A stretch of 64,000 nt of DNA from Nitrospirota bacterium (GCA_963845065.1 CAWJQQ010000008.1:448001-512000), one strand, 5' to 3'. Positions 51,712 through 62,349 are shown, counted from the first letter of the stretch. The notes: generated by a model from the sequence alone, not told the origin. Translations and numbers: made by a program.

Positions 51712-51820
51712 CCGCTGTACAGCGTGAGGATCCTCTGCACATAATTCCCGTTTCCGTGTACGGCGGGACCGTTCCCCATTTCTAAATGGCGGTCTCGCCG
51801 GCGTTATACGCTGCGACCGC
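51712..51820 (-). repeat. Second duplicated fragment of the transglycosylase gene
   Basis: Diverged copy of about 50624-50732 (AAYNAGE...WGTVPP..ET.NYVQR.LTLYSG), directly abutting the tRNA pseudogene. Confidence 0.85.
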
Positions 51821-52500
51821 GATAAATGGGGGGGAAGTGATGAATTGTGAAAAGAGCGTCTTTGAATACAGACTGCTCGTTTTTATTGATTTGTTCATAC
51901 GATTGGGAACCGGCCCATCAATCTCTTGAAGAATCCGGAGAATAGTTTCCAGTCGTTCCTATTGATTCCTTCCACCTAGTCCGGCAATTCTTCCATCCAT
52001 GCCAATTGATTTTTCCCTGATCCGGCGATGACGGAATTGCTAAATTCTGGCTGTAATAATATGGATAAATTTGTTTAATAATAAATAACATTCTGAAGTC
52101 TTTATCGATGAAATTTATAAATTTAAAACTTATCAATCTGTACTTGTTAGTTTCTACCTTAAAATATCCATGCCAACTCAAATTAGAACTTTACATTGAC
52201 TTTATAAAATTCAGTGATAAAGTATTATCGTAATCGTTTCTCTTTTCACAATCACTCCTTTCCATGATATCTCGGGAAATAAGCCAAGCGCATAATTCTG
52301 ATCCTGAAGCCAAATAAAGAGATCTGTAATCAGTCCTTGTTAATAGTTTACGAAGATGCACCTGCTTAGAGCAATTGTCATCGTTGTTATAAATTGTACT
52401 AATTCTATCCCATTTAGGAAGAACAGATGCATAATGCTTTGCTGGACCATTCAGAATTTAAGACACGCAATCCATCGCACAATGAAAAAGGGAGGCTTCC

Positions 52501-53973
52501 ATGAAAAGACTTACGATTTTTGCCTTGATAGCGGTTCTGGTTCTCGGAGCTGCGATATTCCTTGGCGCCTGCAGCAGTGGCGGTGGTGGCAGCAGCAGTA
52601 GCAGTTCATCATCGAGCAGTGGAGGGCCAAGCACATATACGGTATCCTATAACGGCAACGGCAGTACCGGCGGCACCGTCCCGGTTGACGCGAACAAATA
52701 CGCGGCGGCGCAGACCGTCACGGTGCTCGGCAATACAGGAAGCCTCGCATATACAGGCTATTCCTTCCTGGGCTGGAACACGCTGTCTAACGGAACCGGA
52801 ACGACCTATACATCAGGGCAGACTTTCACGATGGGTACGGCAGACGTTATCCTATACGCGGATTGGATCATAGGCTTTGCCTACGTGGCGAACAGCGGCG
52901 ATGGTACCGTCTCTCAATACACGATCGGCATGGATGGAACGCTCTCAGCCATAACGCCATCTACGGTTGCGGCGGGGTCGGGTCCCTACTCCGTCACGGT
53001 CGACCCCTCGGGCAAGTACGCCTACGTGGCGAATGAGTACGACAACACCGTCTCGCAGTACACGATTGGCGCGGACGGGTCTTTGACATCTATGGCAACG
53101 GCCACGGTTGCGGCGGGGACTAATCCCTGGTCCGTCACGGTCGACCCCAAGGGTCCGTACGTCTACGTGGCGGACTCTAACGCGTCGCTTAGCGACACCG
53201 GCATCTCCGGCATCTCGCAGTACACGATCGGCTCGAATGGGGCGCTTACACCCATGAGCCCGGCCATAGTTGCGGCGGGGAATGTACCCTATGTCGTCAC
53301 GGTCGACCCCACGGGCAGGTACGTCTACGTGGCGAACGATAGCCCCTCTCTTACGCCCAGCACCACCTTCTTGGTCTCGCAGTACACGATCGGCTCGAAT
53401 GGGGCGCTTACACCCATGAGTCCGGCCACGGTCGCGGTGGGGGGGATATATCCCACTTCCATTACTGTTGACCCTTCGGGAAAGTACGCCTATGTGACTA
53501 ACTTCGGCGGCAACGTCGCGCAGTACACGATCGGCACGGGTGGCACGCTCTCAGCCATGACCCCATCCACGGTCGCGGCGGGGTCAGAGCCCACTTCCGT
53601 CGCGGTCGACCCCTCGAGTAAATACGCCTACGTGACGAACTCTAACGACAACACCGTCTCGCAATACACGATCGGCACGGGTGGGGCGCTCACACCCATG
53701 AGCCCACCCACGGTCGCGACGGAGACGGGTCCCAATTCCGTCACGGTCGACCCCTCGGGCAAATACGTCTACGTGGCGAACGATAGCAGCAACACCATCG
53801 CTCAGTACATGATCGGCACGGATGGGGCACTCACACTTTTGAGCACACCCACGGTCCCGGCGGGGTCGGGTCCCTGGTCCATCATCACCACCGCAGGCAA
53901 GCAGACTTCATCCACCGAGAACACAGGGATGTGGGATTCATCTGAATGGGACAACGCCCAGTGGGGAACGTAA
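52501..53973 (+). CDS. Lipoprotein: Ser/Gly linker, InlB B-repeat, repetitive lactonase-like beta-propeller
   Basis: LGAC lipobox; YTVSYNGNG..GG.VPVD...F.GWNT...LYA.W; about 7 blades of P.SVTVDPSGKYAYVAN....VSQYTIG..G.L. Confidence 0.88.
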   Translation: MKRLTIFALIAVLVLGAAIFLGACSSGGGGSSSSSSSSSSGGPSTYTVSYNGNGSTGGTVPVDANKYAAAQTVTVLGNTGSLAYTGYSFLGWNTLSNGTGTTYTSGQTFTMGTADVILYADWIIGFAYVANSGDGTVSQYTIGMDGTLSAITPSTVAAGSGPYSVTVDPSGKYAYVANEYDNTVSQYTIGADGSLTSMATATVAAGTNPWSVTVDPKGPYVYVADSNASLSDTGISGISQYTIGSNGALTPMSPAIVAAGNVPYVVTVDPTGRYVYVANDSPSLTPSTTFLVSQYTIGSNGALTPMSPATVAVGGIYPTSITVDPSGKYAYVTNFGGNVAQYTIGTGGTLSAMTPSTVAAGSEPTSVAVDPSSKYAYVTNSNDNTVSQYTIGTGGALTPMSPPTVATETGPNSVTVDPSGKYVYVANDSSNTIAQYMIGTDGALTLLSTPTVPAGSGPWSIITTAGKQTSSTENTGMWDSSEWDNAQWGT

Positions 53974-54166
53974 GCTAAACAGGCACGATGACCATCCTTC
54001 ATTTAAAAAGAAGAGGAGGTTTAATATGATTAGCGCTCTAAACAAGAATTACGTCAAAACCGCATTCCGAATTTTAAAAATGAATAAAAAAAATAAGGAG
54101 AGCGGCATGGAAAAAATGAAATCAAATCGCAAAGGAAACGTTATTATGAAATCGATTAAATTCGTA

Positions 54167-55968
54167 CCTGAATCTTGCATCAAAACGTAGTTCCCCCGAC
54201 TCGTCGGGTTTGTTTTGATTCCCGCATCTTCCGCTTACCCTTCGACAGCTTTCATTTCATCTTAACTGCCGCATTCCTCATCGCATAAGGCAGAAAAGCA
54301 CAATTCCAAGCTTCTCAGCCTATATTGTGCAAGAAATTTCTTGCACAATTGCATCATGAAGAATTTTCAGCGGGTTGCAGCCTCATAACCTCCATGTGCC
54401 GGCATTGCCACTGACCGCCATCAAGCCACGGGCGCACCTGATTGCGTAGCTGATCAAGATGCTCCATGAAGCTAAAGAGTCCTGCTACCCTGTTGTCGTG
54501 TTCGGAGTACCGCGCCTTCGTCGTATTGCCGCTCATGACCAGCTTTGTCGCGATCATGAGCAGCTTCAACCGAGCGATTTTGATGGTGTTGTCCTGAATG
54601 CCGCTCAAGGCGGTGACTGCCGCGTTATCTTGAGTGCGTTTCTGCTTCTCGCTGAATTCTGCGAGCATCTTGAACGATCTCCAACTGTTGTAGGCCAAAA
54701 GAACGATCTGAAAATATGCGTAGTTGTTCATGAACCGACGCGTGGGAATAGCCGACAGTCCCTCTCGCTTTACTTCGCCGATCTGGTTCTCGCAATCTGC
54801 CCGCTTGTCATACTCGCTGATAGCCTGATGAGACTTGCCTGGATGATTGGTGACAAATTGCCGATACGTAAAACCACCGTCTTCCAAAAGCTCAAGCTGC
54901 GTGTCTCCCTTGCCTGATTTCTTTCCCGGAATACGCATTGAGACGAAACGGCGTTCTCCCGGCCATCCCGTCGGTTTATACCAGCACTCATTGTATTCTA
55001 CGCTATCGATTTTGTGCACCTTGTACCACATCTTGGAATCAAAGGGCGGCTTGCATCCTTTATTGCCGAAGATGTACATGTGCCTTTCGTCTTCCGCAGC
55101 TTTAACCGCATCCCAACTGATGAACTCGCCGTCACCTCGAAGAATCACCTTTTTGACACAAGCAGGAAGGTATTTCTTGATGCTCTTGATCACCTCCGCG
55201 ACTTCTTTGCCAGAGATGGTCGCGCCCTTGCGAAGCTTTCCGACAAGATACTCTCGCGTCTCCTCAATGAAACCCAGGACAGGACGAAATCCCTTTTTTC
55301 CCCGGTACCGGGTATTGTGTCCCTTGCGGCCGCCTTCCTGATCGCCAAAGATGGTCTCAACTGTCGTATCAAGATTAACATGGATGACGCTGTAGCTGAT
55401 CTCGCACAATTTCCAGACCCGTTCTCGTAGCGCCGCCATCACCAAAAGCAGCGACTTCCCTTGATTGATGCCCAAGGACGCAACGTATCGCCAGTAAGTC
55501 GTCACGTGCGGCAACTTGGACACGCCGAACAGGGCGCACACCATTGGATCCGTTTGTATGTATTGAAAATGCCACAGCCGCGTGAATCCAATGAAAAGCA
55601 ACACCAGAATCCCATACACTGCTTTATAATGTCCCTGGTCCGGCGTGCGGCCTGGTGGCTGATAAAATCCCTCGAAAACCTCCTGGAACTTTACCGCGTC
55701 CATGAACTTCTCTAACGCCAGCAGTCCGCCGAAGGGTGAAAGCCGTTCACTGCAATACTCGTAGCGCGTATTAGGGCTGATTTTAGCGGGTTCCGAATGG
55801 CCTTCATTTTGACCTTGATTCATGCCGTTTTTCGCGCTATGCTTCTTTTGTCGTTTAACCATATGGGTTACCTCCTGATATCATGGGTTGTTCGCGAGAT
55901 AACCGCATTATATCAGTGTAACCTGTATGGTTTTATCTTTTTCACTCCATCAGCGTGCAGGATTCAGG
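54167..55968 (-). mobile_element. IS1380 family insertion sequence (different element from 20162-21796)
   Basis: TIRs CCTGAATCTTGCA / rc CCTGAATCCTGCA; 5-bp TSD TCGTA at 54162-54166 and 55969-55973. Confidence 0.92.
54354..55862 (-). CDS. IS1380 family DDE transposase
   Basis: NLDTTVETIFGDQEGG..G.N..YRGKKGFRP, LRGDGEF, YDKRADCENQIGEVK. Confidence 0.92.
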   Translation of the reverse strand: MVKRQKKHSAKNGMNQGQNEGHSEPAKISPNTRYEYCSERLSPFGGLLALEKFMDAVKFQEVFEGFYQPPGRTPDQGHYKAVYGILVLLFIGFTRLWHFQYIQTDPMVCALFGVSKLPHVTTYWRYVASLGINQGKSLLLVMAALRERVWKLCEISYSVIHVNLDTTVETIFGDQEGGRKGHNTRYRGKKGFRPVLGFIEETREYLVGKLRKGATISGKEVAEVIKSIKKYLPACVKKVILRGDGEFISWDAVKAAEDERHMYIFGNKGCKPPFDSKMWYKVHKIDSVEYNECWYKPTGWPGERRFVSMRIPGKKSGKGDTQLELLEDGGFTYRQFVTNHPGKSHQAISEYDKRADCENQIGEVKREGLSAIPTRRFMNNYAYFQIVLLAYNSWRSFKMLAEFSEKQKRTQDNAAVTALSGIQDNTIKIARLKLLMIATKLVMSGNTTKARYSEHDNRVAGLFSFMEHLDQLRNQVRPWLDGGQWQCRHMEVMRLQPAENSS

Positions 55969-56729
55969 TCGTAATTGCTGTTGTTTTTATGCTGACGTTT
56001 TCAGCAGGCTTCATTTTTGCCCAACAATTGACTATACCCAATACCTTCACCGCAGGCACAACAATCAGTTCAAGCCAGATGAATGCTAACTTTACTGCTA
56101 TACAAAATGCAGTAGATCCGCTGCAGGTGTCCAACTATTGGCAATTTGGGGGTCTCAATTACGCCCGCTCTACTGTTACTACAACCTGGACCCAACTCGG
56201 CATCGCCTCATCGCCATCACTTTCATTTACAAAGAGCGTGGCTGCCTCGAATATTGAGGTCTATGTAAATTCTAATTTTTATGCAGGCGTTTTCGCTGGC
56301 GGAGCTAATGGCATCGCGTTTCAAGTAGGAATTGATGGTATTGTTGGCCCAACGTTTGGAAATACTGCGTCTATTTTGACAACCGGTGCGACTGAATTCC
56401 TTTCTATTTATTCTATTTTTCAAGGCCTCGCGGCCGGGCCTCATACCGTGAGTCTATGGGCAGAAACCTCGGCAGGATCTAGTACATCAGTTTTAGTAGA
56501 TCCAGGAGGATGGGGAGGCGCAATTATTGTAAAAGAAAGCGGAATATGAGCGAAGAGTTAAAAAATACAATGTATGCGATTTTTATCCCGGTGCAGTAAG
56601 AGAGTTTTATAGTTCGCAAAAAGGGGGGTAATACACCCCTTATTGATGAAACCGTAGATTCACGGTGACATTCTCCCGCGCGGTGCGTACCTCCATCGTC
56701 ACCGTAGTCGTTCATTAATAATCAGCGGC

Positions 56730-56765
56730 ATGCCCCGGCGCCCAGAGGACGCCGGGGCACTTTTT
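56730..56765 (+). terminator. Rho-independent terminator
   Basis: TGCCCCGGCG...CGCCGGGGCA followed by CTTTTT. Confidence 0.7.
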
Positions 56766-56835
56766 GGCTCATAGCCTTCCTTTTTGATAATTTTTTTGAG
56801 ACGCGCGCAGTTGTGCCTTGATACACGCTCCTCAT

Positions 56836-56912
56836 CGCGGGGTGGAGCAGTTCGGCAACAGGACGGGCTTATAACACGAAGGCCAGAGGTTCACATCCTC
56901 TACCCGCTGCTT
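56836..56912 (+). pseudogene. Strongly degenerate tRNA-fMet
   Basis: CGCGGGGTGGAGCAG 5' end, broken D-stem, anticodon TAT, paired T-stem AGAGG/CCTCT, no CCA. Confidence 0.75.
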
Positions 56913-57593
56913 ACGGGCCATCTGTTCGATCGGAGAATGTTCTTGATTGGAGGTCTGTTTGTAGTCTGCCGGACAACAAGCCGGTCATTAGGCGGATATT
57001 ATGAGTGATCAGGGCACTCTCACATCGAAATGCACTCGCGCCCTAAAGGCCCAGCGAAAAATATCAGAACCCGCTCGAGCTTCAATACCGGCAAGGCAAC
57101 TTCACACAAATAGACTTGATGCTCAAATGCTTCTTGAATGACGACATATCCAATGGCCGAATCGTAATGAATCTAAGAAAAAAACCTTATGAGGCCTTGC
57201 AGGAGTACTACTGGGTGTTCATCACGATTCCCGTGGAACCTTGACAATACATGTATGCGGGGATATACTTCTTGAAACAGTCCATTCTCAAGTACTAGAG
57301 TACACTCCTACAATCCACTCAATTAAACATATAATATTCTACTTTTAACATTATCTTTCACCTTGCCTTAGTCACTCTGTCATTATCTCAAGCATTAGAA
57401 TACAATTTATTCGATAATATATATAACATTCTGAATGTTAACGGGATCATTCGCCTTGTTTTATTCACTCTATCATTTGAAAGTAATGTGGGCATTGTAA
57501 TTTTATAAAAGGTGATAGCCAAATCTTTAGCTGCTGTTGCCTGCGGTCCAATGCATCTTGATACTGTACGACTAACTCTCACGGGAGGTTGCC

Positions 57594-59852
57594 ATGAAAA
57601 GATTTGTTGGTTTTGCATTGATAGCGGTTCTGGTGATTGGAGTTGCGATATTCCTTAGCGCCTGCACCAGCACCACCAGCAGCAGTAGTAGTAGCAGTAG
57701 TAGCAGTTCATCATCGAGCAGTGGCGAGACATCGATACAAAATAATACGCAGGGTACAGAGGCGGCTTCAGGCACCAGCGAGGGGATCAATATGGCCCTG
57801 GGCTTAACGCAGGCATTAGGCAATCTCGGCAATATCGGGCTTGACGAAGAAGGAATCCAAACGCCGCCGCCGGGCACCTTCGGCAATTTTGAACGGAGTC
57901 CGGCGATGACGAGGCTGGTGAACGTTACGAGTAAATTTGCCAAGGCACTATCGGCTGGTACTACCCTAATCGGCCTCAACGGGGCGAAGGTCCTGCAACT
58001 CTCTTCACTATCGAGTGGAACCTGTACTGACGGCGGAAATTATACGTTGGGCCAAAGCACCGACGGCGGTCTCGCCGCTCTCTTCTTCACAGGCTGCCGC
58101 GAAGACGACGTGCAGGTTGACGGCGAATACGATATTTTGATTTTCGGACCCGTAACGTCAGGCTACAGCATGAGCGTGACGCTGGGAAGTGCCAATACGC
58201 CGACAGCCTTTACGTTACAGGACTATGGACCTGGATATACAACATTGATTTCCAAGACCACCATGACAGGTCTTCCGATGGGCATCACTTTGACGCTCTC
58301 CGGTTCAACAGTGACATCGGTGAGTACTGCTATTGCCACGGGCGGCATGAGCATCTATGATGTTGCTACCAGCCAGACTTATTCCGTATCCCTCCTCCGA
58401 CTGTACGATTCCTATGCTCTTTCGTCAGGAACCACAGGGACAGCAACGACCATCACCATGAACGGCATCTTCAATGAATCCTGGCATTCCGCAATGGGCA
58501 ACGAAACCATGTCCGCAACGTTCAACAACTTTCAGCTGGTCATAGCGCCCGGCGCCTCATCAGCGGATGTCACGGAGGATTTGAGCGTCACTGGTTCGCT
58601 TAACATCATCTTCAATCCGGCAGTGTGCCAGAACGGCAATTTTACGTTTGTTACTAATACCCCGATCGTGTTTAACGATACCCTGGGATACTCGACAGCG
58701 GGCGAAGTCACGATCAATGGTGCAACAACAGTCGTATACAATGACGATGGATCTATCACGGTAACAACCAACGGCACTTCGCAAACATTCCCCAATGAGT
58801 ACGACCTTACGCAAGTATGTCCGATCGCCACACTCGGCCAGCCTGCTACGTATACGGTGACCTATAACGGCAATGGCAATACCAGTGGAAGCGCCCCTAT
58901 CGATTCAACCATGTACCAAGAGGGGCAGACCGTTACGGCACAGGGCAACACCGGCAGCCTTGTAAATAGCGGCTATTCCTTCGTTGGCTGGAACACGCTG
59001 TCTAGCGGGACCGGCACCAGTTATACGTCAGGGGCGAAATTCCTCATGCCGGCGGCAAATGTTACCCTCTACGCGCAGTGGACCGCCAACATTACATACA
59101 GCGTCACCTATAACGGCAACGGCAATACCGGCGGTACCGTCCCGATTGACTCAAACAACTACGTATCAGGACAGACTGTCACGGTGCAGGGCACTGGCAG
59201 CCTCGTAAATACCGGTCACACCTTCGCGGGCTGGAACTCGCTGGCTAACGGGTCCGGCACGACCTATACGCAGGGGCAGACATTTTCGATGCCTGCGGCA
59301 GATGTTATCCTGTACGCGACGTGGACCGCAACCCCCGTAGTAGTAGGCACCTTGCCGGCTACAGGCCAGACTTCATGCTATAATTCTGCGGGGGGTATCA
59401 TCTCATGCACGGGAGCGGGACAAGACGGCTCGTTCATCGTTAACCCGGAATCGTATACGGACAACGGTAACGGCACGGTCACCGACAATATCACAGGGTT
59501 ATTGTGGCAGCAGTGTACCAATGGCCAAAGCGGCGCTCTTTGTTCCTCGGGCACTGCCACAACCTACACCTTCTCCCAGGCGGTAAGCCTCTGCCCCAGT
59601 CTGAGTCTCGCGGGAGCTGTCTGGCGCCTGCCCACAGATTCCGAACTGGTTAACATTGTGGATTACGGGACATACGACCCCACAATAAATACCACCTATT
59701 TCCCAAATACGCAAAACACCTGGTACTGGTCGTCCACTCCCTATTTATTAAGTTCAGGGTTCGCGTTTATGGTGAACTTCGGTGTCGGCAGCGACACTGG
59801 CGAGGGAGAGGGTGTCAGCTGGTATGTGCGATGTGTCAGCGGAGGACAGTGA
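57594..59852 (+). CDS. Lipoprotein with poly-Ser linker, two InlB B-repeats and a C-terminal DUF1566 (Lcl) domain
   Basis: LSAC lipobox; LPATGQT.CY; YTDNGNGTVTD.ITGLLWQQ; WRLPT..EL..IVD; YWSST; YVRCV. Confidence 0.88.
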   Translation: MKRFVGFALIAVLVIGVAIFLSACTSTTSSSSSSSSSSSSSSSGETSIQNNTQGTEAASGTSEGINMALGLTQALGNLGNIGLDEEGIQTPPPGTFGNFERSPAMTRLVNVTSKFAKALSAGTTLIGLNGAKVLQLSSLSSGTCTDGGNYTLGQSTDGGLAALFFTGCREDDVQVDGEYDILIFGPVTSGYSMSVTLGSANTPTAFTLQDYGPGYTTLISKTTMTGLPMGITLTLSGSTVTSVSTAIATGGMSIYDVATSQTYSVSLLRLYDSYALSSGTTGTATTITMNGIFNESWHSAMGNETMSATFNNFQLVIAPGASSADVTEDLSVTGSLNIIFNPAVCQNGNFTFVTNTPIVFNDTLGYSTAGEVTINGATTVVYNDDGSITVTTNGTSQTFPNEYDLTQVCPIATLGQPATYTVTYNGNGNTSGSAPIDSTMYQEGQTVTAQGNTGSLVNSGYSFVGWNTLSSGTGTSYTSGAKFLMPAANVTLYAQWTANITYSVTYNGNGNTGGTVPIDSNNYVSGQTVTVQGTGSLVNTGHTFAGWNSLANGSGTTYTQGQTFSMPAADVILYATWTATPVVVGTLPATGQTSCYNSAGGIISCTGAGQDGSFIVNPESYTDNGNGTVTDNITGLLWQQCTNGQSGALCSSGTATTYTFSQAVSLCPSLSLAGAVWRLPTDSELVNIVDYGTYDPTINTTYFPNTQNTWYWSSTPYLLSSGFAFMVNFGVGSDTGEGEGVSWYVRCVSGGQ

Positions 59853-59972
59853 GCCGATTACTGTCGCTTTGATCACTTCAAATATGGCTCTTTGAGCCAT
59901 GGATTTTCTGTTAAATCTTATCTTCGACAAGAGCAGTCGGGGATGGCATGATAAATTATTGAGGAGGAGACC

Positions 59973-60470
59973 ATGAGACACGTTTTAATTGCCATGGCAT
60001 TGACAATGTTTTTTGCTACTGGCGCTCTTGCCGCCAGTTTCACCGACAACGGCAACGGTACCGTAAGTGATGCGACAACGTCACTTATGTGGCAGCAGTG
60101 CAGCGCGGGGCAGAGCTCTACGACTACGCCCTGTGATACGGGAACTGCTGCCTATTACGCCTGGGGTTCGGGAACGACGACGTCAGCGCTAGCCTACTGC
60201 CAGGGCTTATCCCTGGCAGGCTTCACGGACTGGCGTCTGCCTAATGTCAAGGAGCTAAAATCAATTGTTAGCGTAACAACACCAAATCCGGCGATCAACA
60301 CTACGTATTTTCCGAACACACTATCCTATTATTACTGGACGTCCACTTCCATCGCAAACGGTCCTACGGCCGCATGGTACGTGGGGTTCGACTATGGCGA
60401 AATAGTGGGCGCCACTAAGTCGATTCCTGTTGCGAACGTTAATTATGTACGCTGCGTCCGTGGACAGTGA
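59973..60470 (+). CDS. Exported single-domain DUF1566 (Lcl) protein
   Basis: Signal peptide; FTDNGNGTV.D..T.LMWQQ; DWRLPNVKEL.SIV; YWTST; YVRCVRG. Confidence 0.9.
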   Translation: MRHVLIAMALTMFFATGALAASFTDNGNGTVSDATTSLMWQQCSAGQSSTTTPCDTGTAAYYAWGSGTTTSALAYCQGLSLAGFTDWRLPNVKELKSIVSVTTPNPAINTTYFPNTLSYYYWTSTSIANGPTAAWYVGFDYGEIVGATKSIPVANVNYVRCVRGQ

Positions 60471-60689
60471 GTCGTTTGATTGGCGCTTTGGGGTCTGAGA
60501 CAAGTTAATATAAGGGGACGGTCACAGAGCAACTGTCCTATGCTGTCGCAGAATTTTGCTCAAAGCAGAGAAAATCAGGAATAATTCCGAAAATGCCCAT
60601 AAACCGGAGGACACCGATGAAACATGGTGTCCTCTGGTCATTTGCGGGCGTTTTTTTAAGGCTAAAAATTGTCCATCCCTATAATTTTC

Positions 60690-60718
60690 TTGACATTCCG
60701 GGGGGTGTGCATTAATAT
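60690..60718 (+). promoter_or_regulatory. Sigma-70 promoter of tRNA-fMet
   Basis: TTGACA-N17-TAATAT. Confidence 0.65.
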
Positions 60719-60731
60719 GCTGTTCTCACAT

Positions 60732-60808
<77 letters not shown>

Positions 60809-60816
60809 AATCTATC

Positions 60817-60851
60817 AAGGGGTTACAGCATTTGCTGTAGCCCCTTTTTTC
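60817..60851 (+). terminator. Rho-independent terminator
   Basis: AAGGGGTTACAGC-ATTT-GCTGTAGCCCCTT followed by a T run. Confidence 0.8.
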
Positions 60852-61642
60852 TAACATTTCTAACGTCCTGTTAGTGTCCTGTAGAATATTAAACGCATTT
60901 ATTATGATATTAACCTTTGAATTGTTAGGATGGGGGGAGGAGATATGATCTGACTTAAAGTGACGGGACAGAAGGTCAACCGGAAATAGTATATGTTTAT
61001 TTTAAGCTTCATGTGCAGATTTCGGTGGAGGATACTTGCCAGACGCGCCGATTCAATTCTTCCCGAATTACAATCATATTTCCATCAGTGATTCCGCATG
61101 CCTTCCACTTTACAAGTTCCTAAAAAATACCTCTCCTTTGGCAGTACACATTTCAACCAGTAAATTAGTATTGTGTCGGGCAGATTGATATCGTCACCTA
61201 CACCTATTATGTGAAGTTCCGCATTATGTGAAGCGTTTTCATTAAATCCTTTATTGATGCGTATTCTGCAAGAATTCACTCCACATAATAATGCCACTGT
61301 CTTTGATATCCCCTTCATAGAAGCCCATCAAATGAGACGGTGTATATGGCCTCATCACATAAGGAAAGTAAATTGAATTGGAAGGAATCCGTCGCGATTT
61401 AAGCTGCTCCGAGAGCATCTTTATTCTTGTGGGTCCGCGTGCAAGAGCGACGATCTAAAAAACTGATCAAGCAAAGTAACAGCATCATATATTGGCTGGA
61501 GCTGCCCAAACCCCATCGTTATGTAAAGTAACTTTTTTGGGGAGTACTGTGATTCCTATACCATCGCTGTTTACTTCACATAACGGGGAACTTCACATAA
61601 TACTTAGGCTTCTTTCTGAAGGCCTTATTCAGAAAGAAGCTG

Positions 61643-62349
61643 GTTGGACTAAGCCGTTACGCGCCACGATGCTATGGGATTTCAACTGATTTTTCTCTTT
61701 AAAGCGAGGGTAGCGAGTACTGCATCGGCTGGGGCATAAGGCCTGTGTCGGGTGATTTTCGAGTGAAGAGAAGCGATTCAGGGCAAATCGGCAATCCCAA
61801 TTCGCAGAGAAAATGGCTTTTGGACAATAGAATATTGTTGCGAAGAACATGACTGTTTTCGGATTGGGATAATGAGGGTGTTTTTTCGGTTTGAGTGATG
61901 TTCATATGCGTGGCGGTCCTTTGCAACGAGCAGGCTGTATAATCTCCATGGTACGCATTTTTCGTTCACCACAGGCAGGACATAATGCGATGTCGATGCC
62001 GGTAAATCGGAGTAAAGCTTCTTGCCACGTTTCTGTCTTCTGTTCCGATTCGTTCTGATTGGTGCAGGCCAGAAGCTCTCTGCACCGGTCGAGTTTCTTC
62101 CTGCGGCATCTGTTCCCCAACAAGCTGTAATGTCTGATTTTCACAAACTTGTCAGGCAACACATGAAGCAGGAACCGCCGGATGGACTCATCGGCTTTAA
62201 GGGGCATGATCTTGACTTTGTTGTTATCGGAGTAGTCCCGCCACCGGAAAGAGACTTCGTCGTTTTCGAGCTTCACGAGCCGGTGATTGCTGATCGCGAT
62301 CCGGTGGGTGTATCTGCCGAGATACTCAAGAACGTCCTTGGTTTCGAGG
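61643..62349 (-). pseudogene. IS91-family (Y2 HUH) transposase C-terminal fragment with its 3' flank
   Basis: VLEYLGRYTHRIAISNHRL, FRWRDY, RRFLLHVLP..FVKIRHY, CPACG. The N-terminal part is absent and boundaries are approximate. Confidence 0.85.

Larger units (their letters stand above)
54146..56549 (+). pseudogene. Exported protein gene interrupted in its signal peptide by IS1380
   Basis: Removing the IS and one TSD restores MKSIKFV|IAVVFMLTFSAGFIFAQQLTIPNTFTAGTTISSSQMNANF... Confidence 0.8.

Noticed and set aside
54163..54176. Copy 4 guide (CTGAATTTCC) possibly targeting the IS1380 end (GTAC-CTGAATCTT)
   Set aside because: Only a 6-nt seed match, and the adjacent motif is GTAC rather than TTAC.
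55797..55968. N-terminus of the 250-aa ORF
   Set aside because: It lies inside the IS1380. The native start is on the other side of the insertion.
57594..60470. Complete diversity-generating retroelement in this window
   Set aside because: No reverse transcriptase, accessory gene or adenine-variant template repeat was found; kept only as a remote-target hypothesis.
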